From contig OX597824.1 of NCBI GenBank assembly GCA_951406725.2, positions 23,312,001 to 23,376,000 of the forward strand: a stretch of DNA of 64,000 nucleotides, given 5' to 3'. The notes under the pieces are model-generated. The model searched no databases and was not told the DNA's origin. It saw nothing but the letters and a program-made list of their open reading frames with translations. The stretch comes from Octopus vulgaris. Taxonomy: Eukaryota. How positions within the stretch are numbered: the stretch's first letter is position 1; each line of letters begins with the position of its first letter. Below, piece by piece: positions 55,261 to 64,000 of the stretch. The translations under genes were made by a program, and so were the position numbers.

Positions 55261-55890
55261 GAGGTGGCAGTTGTGGTGGAAGTAAGTAGATAAAATTGCA
55301 ATAAAGAAATAACATTAACAATGAAAAAAAATATATATATAACAAAAGAAAAACAAAAAAACAAAAAACAAAGCAAAACCAAACCCTAACTAAAAGGAAC
55401 AATAGCATGAATAACAACCCCAAAAAAAAAAAAAAAAAAAACCCCTCAACATCATCACCACCACTACCACTTCACCACATTGACCATCATCATCACCATC
55501 ATCATCATTATCCTTACCACCACCAGCAACGACGCCGACGACAACGAAAAACAACAACTAATTTCAGATCAGATAAAATGGGTCAGTTGTTTGGGGGTGG
55601 GGGGGTGGAAGAGGGAGCGGTGAGAGGGGGAAGTAAGTAGTGTTGATTGGATGAGGTGATGGTGATGGTGGCGGTGGTGGCGGTGGTGGTGGTTGGGGGG
55701 GGTTGCGATATACCATCATGTCGTTAAATCAGACTAGTTGAGAAACGGTTCTTCTATGAAGATAAAGATCAATATATGGAATTAAAAGAGTTTCATTGCT
55801 TTCGCAGACCAAACGATATCTTTCGCCTAGGATACAGTAATCTCTGGTTGTCTAAGATGATAGAGTTTCCGCTAAGAAGACTTTGAAACA

Positions 55891-56116
55891 TTAACCCCTT
55901 TGCCTGCCCAAGCTTGCCCTAAACGTCCATCTTTGTTTTCAGATTTTTCGTTTAGCCCTTGTTTCGTACGTTCTAATGCTTTCCTTTCATAAGTCCCAAG
56001 TGAATCTGACAGTTGAGAAAAAAAATCTGTGAATGTATATCATATATGATACTTGGGCACCAAGGAAATGTGTCATGTGTATCACATGTTGATACACGGG
56101 ACAAGTAAAGATTTAA
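55891..56116. mobile_element. Decayed piggyBac-like MITE; further copies at ~57343-57570, ~58158-58500 and ~58668-60494
   Basis: Left end ttaa-cccctttgcctg, right ends of gacaggcaaa / gacaggaagagagttaa type; shared interior ttcctttcataagtcccaagt...tgatacac. Confidence 0.5.
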
Positions 56117-56196
56117 AATCTCTTGCCATCTTCATTTTTACATTATTTACATTATTTACATTCGACGGACATTTGTCCTCGTCTTGTTTGTTGCTC

Positions 56197-56242
56197 TAAA
56201 CAACGTTTCGGCTGATATACCCTTCAGCCTTCATCAGGTGTC
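56197..56242 (-). ncRNA. Minimal hammerhead motif in an (AAT)n-associated repeat
   Basis: gacac-CTGATGA-a-GGCTG...CAGCC-GAAA-CG-TT; stem I partly mismatched. Confidence 0.55.
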
Positions 56243-56292
56243 TTGGGGAAATTTCGAACCTGGGTTCTCATTCTCAAGGTATTTTTCGATGA

Positions 56293-56351
<59 letters not shown>

Positions 56352-56354
<3 letters not shown>

Positions 56355-56615
56355 GTTTGACTTTTGCTTTATGTTTGTACAAGTTGGCTCCAAGTCTCAC
56401 CCCCCAGAGACCTCAAGAGACAACAGGTTGGAAGTTCACGTTGTTGTTATGCCTAGTGTGCCATATATTTGGGGGGTTTTTTGGTGTTGTACTAGTGAAT
56501 GTCTAATAAATAAATTTTTTAAAAAATTGTTTGTTTTAAACCTTGAGATTACATAGTGAGTATTTTGCGCAGGATATGAGCAGTTCCCATGAGCACTATC
56601 TTTTGAATTTCTGCC

Positions 56616-56618
<3 letters not shown>
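56352..56618 (-). mobile_element. 3' end of another R4/Dong-type LINE in (ATT)n
   Basis: Minus strand MAEIQKIVLMGTAHILRKILTM* followed by a 3' UTR. Confidence 0.75.
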
Positions 56619-56682
<64 letters not shown>

Positions 56683-56683
56683 G

Positions 56684-56714
<31 letters not shown>

Positions 56715-56796
56715 GTTAGTAGCCAGCGCTCTTAACCACTACGCCATATGCCTAAGATTCCGAGTTCGATTTCAAGCAGTGACCTGAACAATAATG

Positions 56797-56868
<72 letters not shown>

Positions 56869-56869
56869 G

Positions 56870-56960
<91 letters not shown>

Positions 56961-57086
56961 AATAATAATAATAATAATAAATCCTTGTTTTATTGGCCAC
57001 AAGGGCTAACAAAATAAAAACATGTAAAGACAAAGACAAGACGAAAGGTTCGAAAAATGAGAACCCAGGGTTCGAAATTTCCTCAA

Positions 57087-57132
57087 GACACCTGATGAAG
57101 GCTGGAGAGTATATCAGCGGAAACGTTGTGTT
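57087..57132 (+). ncRNA. Minimal hammerhead motif (inverted partner of 56197-56242)
   Basis: gacac-CTGATGA-ag-GCTG...CAGC-g-GAAA-CG-TT-gtgtt. Confidence 0.55.
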
Positions 57133-57788
57133 AACAACAAACATGATGAGGGCAAATATCGTCAAATGTAAATAATGTAAATAATTCCTCATCTCTTAAA
57201 TATAGAACCATATCTTCATTTTTGTTTAACACATGAAACTGTTATCAAACTAAATTCAAACATTATTGCTCCTAGATCTCTCAACGAGACGTATTCAGTA
57301 GCAGTACTTCAAACCTAACATTTTGCTTGTCCAAAGTATTATCAAACTCTTTGCCTGTCCAAAGTATTTTCATAAGTTTGGCCTAAACGTCTATGTTTGA
57401 TTTCGGACTTTCAGTAGGCCCTTCTTTCATACGTTCTGATTAGTTAATACAAAGTTTTCTTTTCATAAGTCACAAGTAGCTCTGGTCGTTGAAAACAATT
57501 AGGTATGTATATCATATATGATGCATGGATGCCAAGAAAATAACATGTGATACACAGGACAAAGGGTGAAAAATCCTTTGCCAGCTATCTATCTAAGGGT
57601 AGAATTCACAAAAAAAAAACCAACAAAAGACGAAGACAGGTGGTGTAGATAACAAACAGATGCATTAGTTTAACGCTCGGGGAGTGAAAAAGTCTTTAAC
57701 GTTTCGAGCCTACGCTCTTCCACAGAAAGCAGCACAGAAAGAAACAAGGAGAGAAAATTAAGAATGTGTCGTGGCTAGCAATCCATCC

Positions 57789-57971
<183 letters not shown>

Positions 57972-58056
57972 GGGTGGGGAAAGATTGCCTATCGTATTGA
58001 TTTTTGGTTTAACACATGAAACTATTATCTAACTCTGCCTTTATTTAAAGACATAC

Positions 58057-58112
<56 letters not shown>

Positions 58113-58518
58113 TCTTTTACTTGCTTCGTTCATTTGATTGTAGCCATGCTGGAGCACCGCCTGTCCAAAGTATTTTCATAATCTTGTTTCAAACGGCCAT
58201 ATTTTTTTCAGACTTTTAGCTAAGCACTTGTCTCATAAATACAAAGAAAGCTTTCCATTCACAAGTCCCAAGTTACTATGGTGATTAATCTTTTACTCTT
58301 TTACTTGTTTCAGTCATTTTGACTGCGGCCATACTGGAGCACTGCCTTTTAGTCGAGCAAATCGACCCCAGGACTTATTCTTTGTAAGCCTGGTACTCAT
58401 ATCGGTCTCTTTTGAAAGAAAAAAAAAACCAGCATTGTGTATCATGAACTCCAGGAAAATATGTCCCATAAATTACATGATATACACAAGACAGGCAAAT
58501 CTATCTGTCTATCTATCC

Positions 58519-58608
<90 letters not shown>

Positions 58609-58971
58609 ATATTTCTCGAGAGATTTTCTTTCACGTTAATTTTGAGATTAACACGTGAAGCAATTATTTAATCTTTTGTCAGTCCAAAGCCTTTTCATAA
58701 GCTTGTCCTAAACATCCATATTTGTATCTTTTAATTTTTTACTTGTTTTAATCAGTTTCCGGCCACGCTGGAGCACCGCCTTAAAGGATTCTCGACGAAC
58801 AAATCGAACACAGTACTTTTTTGTTTTTGTCAACCCCGACTCTTATTCTGTCAGTCCCTTTCGCCGAATCAATTACTTACGGGAACGTAAACAAACCAGC
58901 ACCTGTTGTCAAGTAGCAGTTGGGCGGGGGAGGGGGGACAAACGCAAAGATACACATGCACTCACTCACTT

Positions 58972-59027
<56 letters not shown>

Positions 59028-59029
<2 letters not shown>

Positions 59030-59328
59030 GGAGGCATATGGCCTAGTGGTTAGAACAGCAAACTCGCGGTCGAGGGATCGCGGGTTCGAATCTCAGACCG
59101 GGCGATATGTGTGTTTATGAGCGAAACACCTAAGCTCCACGCGGCTCCGGCAGAAGGTAATGGCGAAATTTCTGCTGACTCTTTCGCCACAACTTTCTCT
59201 CACTCTTTCCTCCTGCATCTTGCAGCTCACCTGCGACGGACCGGCGTCCCGTCTAGGTGAGGAACCTATACGCCAAGGGAACCGGGAAACCGGCCCTTAT
59301 GAGGCAGGGATGGCTCGAGAAGTAACAA
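59028..59328 (+). mobile_element. SINE C-related head and core with a third alternative tail
   Basis: tRNA head and aaacacctaagctccacg.ggctccggcag core; unrelated tail. Confidence 0.7.
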
Positions 59329-59488
59329 ACACACACACACGCACACACACAAAATGCTCACACACATACATACATACATACGCGAGTGGGTTCTTTCAGT
59401 TTCTTTCGACTAAATCCCATTCACAGTTCTTTGGTCGTCCCAGGAGCTGTTGTAGAATACTTGCCCGGGTGGCACGCAATGGTACTGA

Positions 59489-60397
59489 ACCCGAGTCCAC
59501 GCGGTTGGGAAGCAATCTTCCTTTCATAAGACCCGAGTCCACGCGGTTGAGAAGCAATCTTCCTTTCATAAGACCCGAGTCCACGCGGTTGAGAAGCAAT
59601 CTTCCTTTCATAAGACCCGAGTCCACGCGGTTGAGAAGCAATCTTCCTTTCATAAGACCCAAGTCCTCGCGGTTGAGAAGCAATCTTCCTTTCATAAGAC
59701 CCAAGTCCACGCGGTTGAGAAGCAATCTTCCTTTCATAAGACCCAAGTCCACGCGGTTGGGAAGCAATCTTCCTTTCATAAGACCCGAGTCCACGCGGTT
59801 GAGAAGCAATCTTCCTTTCATAAGACCCGAGTCCACGCGGTTGAGAAGCAATCTTCCTTTCATAAGACCCAAGTCCACGCGGTTGAGAAGCAATCTTCCT
59901 TTCATAAGACCCGAGTCCACGCGGTTGAGAAGCAATCTTCCTTTCATAAGACCCGAGTCCACGCGGTTGAGAAACAATCTTCCTTTCATAAGACCCAAGT
60001 CCACGCGGTTGGGAAGCAATCTTCCTTTCATAAGACCCAAGTTTCTCCCGTGGTTGAGAAGCAATCTTCCTTTCATAAGACCCGAGTCCACGCGGTTGAG
60101 AAGCAATCTTCCTTTCATAAGACCCAAGTCCACGCGGTTGGGAAGCAATCTTCCTTTCATAAGACCCAAGTTTCTCCCGTGGTTGAGAAGCAATCTTCCT
60201 TTCATAAGACCCAAGTCCACGCGGTTGAGAAGCAATCTTCCTTTCATAAGACCCGAGTCCACGCGGTTGAGAAGCAATCTTCCTTTCATAAGACCCGAGT
60301 CCACACGGTTGAGAAGCAATCTTCCTTTCATAAGACCCGAGTCCACGCGGTTGGGAAGCAATCTTCCTTTCATAAGACCCAAGTTTCTCCCGTGGTT
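59489..60397. repeat. 42-bp minisatellite (~21 copies, a few 45-bp variants)
   Basis: Unit acccgagtccacgcggttgagaagcaatcttcctttcataag. Confidence 0.95.
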
Positions 60398-60955
60398 TAA
60401 AAAAGCATGTGTAATGTATATCGTGTTTGATGCATGGACGCCACGGTAATATGTCCTGAGTATCACGTGATACACAAGACAGGAAGAGAGTTAAGGAGTA
60501 AAACTACTGAAATTAATAACGTAGGGGGGCGCCACTGGTATGAAAAAAACATCCGTTACAGTAAATGTTGTTGTTACATATATTATCAGGGAGTAAAAAA
60601 GAAACATAAAAAACAACAAAATTTGCTAATTAGAAATAATTATGTGATGAGGATGAGACAATATTAATTAATTGGCTGATGTTATTTTAATTATTCTGAC
60701 CGTTATCGAGATAATTCCCGGATATGTTTACTTGTAGACTATGTTTACGTATATCGGAGAAAGACATAGAGAGAAGCAGGAACGGAGAGAGAATGGGGGA
60801 GAGAGGCAGAGAGACAGAGAGTGAGAGAGACAGATAGAGAGACAGATAGACACAGAGGGAGATAGAAAGATACAAAAAGAGACAGACACAGAGGGAAAGA
60901 GACAGGGAGAGGGTCGATTGAGACATGTAAAGACAGACATAGGTGAAGGAAAGAG

Positions 60956-61025
<70 letters not shown>

Positions 61026-61242
61026 CATATACAGATAGAGATAAAAGGGATAGATCAACACACAGATAGACAGATAAACGCACATACATACACACATACA
61101 CACATACACACACATACACACGCTGTGAATAACCTATATATTCAGTGAAAATCCATTGTTGATAAAATTTTATTAAACAACACAGCACACACAGACGCAC
61201 ACATACACATACATACACATACATATATACATACAATTATAT

Positions 61243-61281
<39 letters not shown>

Positions 61282-61396
61282 CATATGCCTTGAGTCCTAC
61301 ATTCGGTTGATGTTCATTAGTCTTAGTGCAAGCATAAAGCGCGTTCTCTATAACCTTCTCCAGTGTCTATTTTTCACTCTTTTGCATGTATATATG

Positions 61397-61437
<41 letters not shown>

Positions 61438-61467
61438 ATATACATACACATATTAACAGACAACAAA

Positions 61468-61720
61468 AGTTCAAATTCCACCGAGGTCGACTTTGCCTTT
61501 CATCCTTTCGGGGTCGATAAATTAAGTACCAGTTACGCACTGGCGTCGATATAATCGACTTAATCCGTTTGTCTGTCCTTGTTTGTCCCCTCTGTGTTTA
61601 GCTCCTTGTGGGTAATAAATAAATAGGTATTTCTTCCGACTCTATGTTCTGAGTTCAGATGCGACTGAGGTCGACTTTGCTTTTCATACTTTGGGAGTCG
61701 ATAAACTAACTACAGACCGA
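61468..61720 (+). mobile_element. 5'-truncated SINE B followed by a diverged second unit
   Basis: Family match; junction aaata|ggtatttc at ~61625. Confidence 0.75.
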
Positions 61721-61852
61721 GCACAGGGGCTGGTATAATCTTCTATATATATATATATATATAATATTAGGGTAAAAAGAATCATAGAAATTATTATTAC
61801 CAATGGCCTAGCACAAAAAATAGTCAATAGACTATATATTATTCACATAAAA

Positions 61853-62245
61853 ATATCGTGTACATTAGAACACATTAAGTGGCTTCCAAATAGGAAAGCC
61901 TTGAGCAGTAGAAAACTCAAACCACTAATTATGGATAAATTCTCGAAAGGATTGAAAATTAAAAAACTGCATCGACGCGGTTGTTTTGAAAAATTAGGAT
62001 ATACAGGCAACTAGTTTACATGCGAATCTTAGTTGTGTGTATATTTGAAATCTAAAGGCTCCCTACTGACGAAAACTAGCATCAGTAGTTAGAAACCATG
62101 GTCTAGGAACTAAATTAGATGGTAAACGTTTTTAATTTTCAATCCTTTCGAGAATTTATCCATAATTAGTGGTTTGAGTTGTTTACTGCTCTTTCTAGCA
62201 CAAAGCTTTCCTATTTGGAAGCCTCTGAATGTGTTCTAATGTACA

Positions 62246-62251
<6 letters not shown>
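61853..62251. mobile_element. Penelope-like fold-back (arms ~61853-61965 / 62128-62251) between (TA)n
   Basis: Inverted arms; hammerhead in the loop. Confidence 0.7.
62062..62107 (+). ncRNA. Minimal type-I hammerhead ribozyme
   Basis: ccta-CTGACGA-a-AACTA-gcatcag-TAGTT-a-GAAA-CCATGG-TC-tagg; GUC site. Confidence 0.8.
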
Positions 62252-62287
<36 letters not shown>

Positions 62288-62289
<2 letters not shown>

Positions 62290-62676
62290 TCTTTTACTTG
62301 CCTCAGTCATTTGATTGTGGCCATGCTGGGGCACCGCCTTTAGTCGAGCAAATCGACCCCTGGACTTATTCTTTGTAAGCCCAGTACTTATTCTATCGGT
62401 CTCTTTTGCCGAACCGCTAAATCAGGGGGACGAAAACACACCAGCATCGGTTGTCAAGCGATGTTGGGAGGGGACAAACGCAGACACACAACCATATACA
62501 CACTCGTATATATATACGACGGGCTTCTTTCAGTTTCCGTCTACCAAATTCACACACAAGGCTTTGGTCGGCCCGAGGCTATAGTAGAAGACACTTGCCC
62601 AAGGTGCCACGCAGTGGGATTGAACCCAGAACCATGTGGTTGGTAAGCAAGCTACTTACCACACAGCCACTCCTGC

Positions 62677-62680
<4 letters not shown>
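62288..62680 (-). mobile_element. SINE family A, full length
   Basis: Family match. Confidence 0.9.
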
Positions 62681-62741
<61 letters not shown>

Positions 62742-63404
62742 ACTTAAAGATGGTTCGCAATTTAGCAAATATTTTAGTTATTGCAATTTACTATTAATAC
62801 CGATACAATGTTTATTGGTTTAAATGTCTCTTGTTATAGTTTTAGTAAAGTTAGTGTTTAGTCCTGCCTATATATTGATAGATTGAAATAATGTGATTAT
62901 TAAGGTTTTGCTTTTATATTATACTACGGAAGGCGGTAGGAATTATAATTTTGTATGACTTAATAGATTTGTCGCTGTTTAGTTACGTATTTAGGAGTGG
63001 TTGTAATTTACTTATGGAATTTATTTATCGATACGGTTGTACATTGAGTAAATGTGTTTAAAATTTGTGATTTCTTTGGTTTGTTTGTTCCTAAACAACA
63101 TTTATTTTAGTGCTATTGACACCTCCGGATTGAATGGTACTGCCCAGGTATCGAAACCATAATGATATCTGTGGGGCAGCTGATGATGGGCGAATGTTGG
63201 ACTGTTGGTATGGTTGTTTTTGTATATGTGGATTAGCATTATTGGATTGTCGGTATGACAGTGGAATAGTATTATAACACTAGTTTGACGCTCGGGAAAA
63301 TGCAAAATTCTTTTACGTTTCGAGCCCAAGCTCTTCAACAGAAAAGAATATAAGAAAATGAACAGAGAGAGAATGAAAAAAAAGAGAAACGTGTAGATTT
63401 ATCG

Positions 63405-63835
<431 letters not shown>

Positions 63836-64000
63836 ATACAGTGAGACTGAACCCGAAACAACATGGTTGCTAAGCAAACTTCCTAATTACATTGCAATGC
63901 CTGCTCCCAATGGTCAATTCTAGAACACACCTCCTCTTCATATACGCGTTGTAACTATTGCCTGAATATATGATTCAGAAAATCACTCAATAAACGGTTA

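Noticed and set aside
59160-60475. 429-aa and 359-aa repeat proteins, or a CRISPR-like array
   Set aside because: Head-to-tail 42-bp minisatellite with no unique spacers and no cas genes; ORFs stay open because the unit is a multiple of 3

Overview
AT-rich, microsatellite-saturated eukaryotic DNA, most likely intergenic or intronic sequence from an octopod cephalopod (inferred from the tRNA-derived SINE families, not from a search). I find no supportable host gene; almost all listed ORFs are translations of microsatellites or SINEs. The window is built from three tRNA-derived SINE families (A, CORE-like; B, Meta-domain-like; C, one head with several tails), R4/Dong-type RLE LINE fragments in (AAT)n and (CATA)n, a deleted mariner, piggyBac-like MITEs, a Penelope-type GIY-YIG relic and one 100-N gap. 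Three things stand out. (1) About 13 minimal type-I hammerhead ribozyme motifs plus about 5 degenerate ones, mostly in fold-back elements next to (TA)n tracts, with a different palindromic stem III in each family. (2) A TSD-bounded retroelement that encodes only a zinc-knuckle ORF1 and ends in the same 3' tail as SINE B. (3) Three independent SINE B arrays whose 184-bp units all restart at the same position in the tRNA-like head. Coordinates were read by eye, so ends may be off by a few bases.
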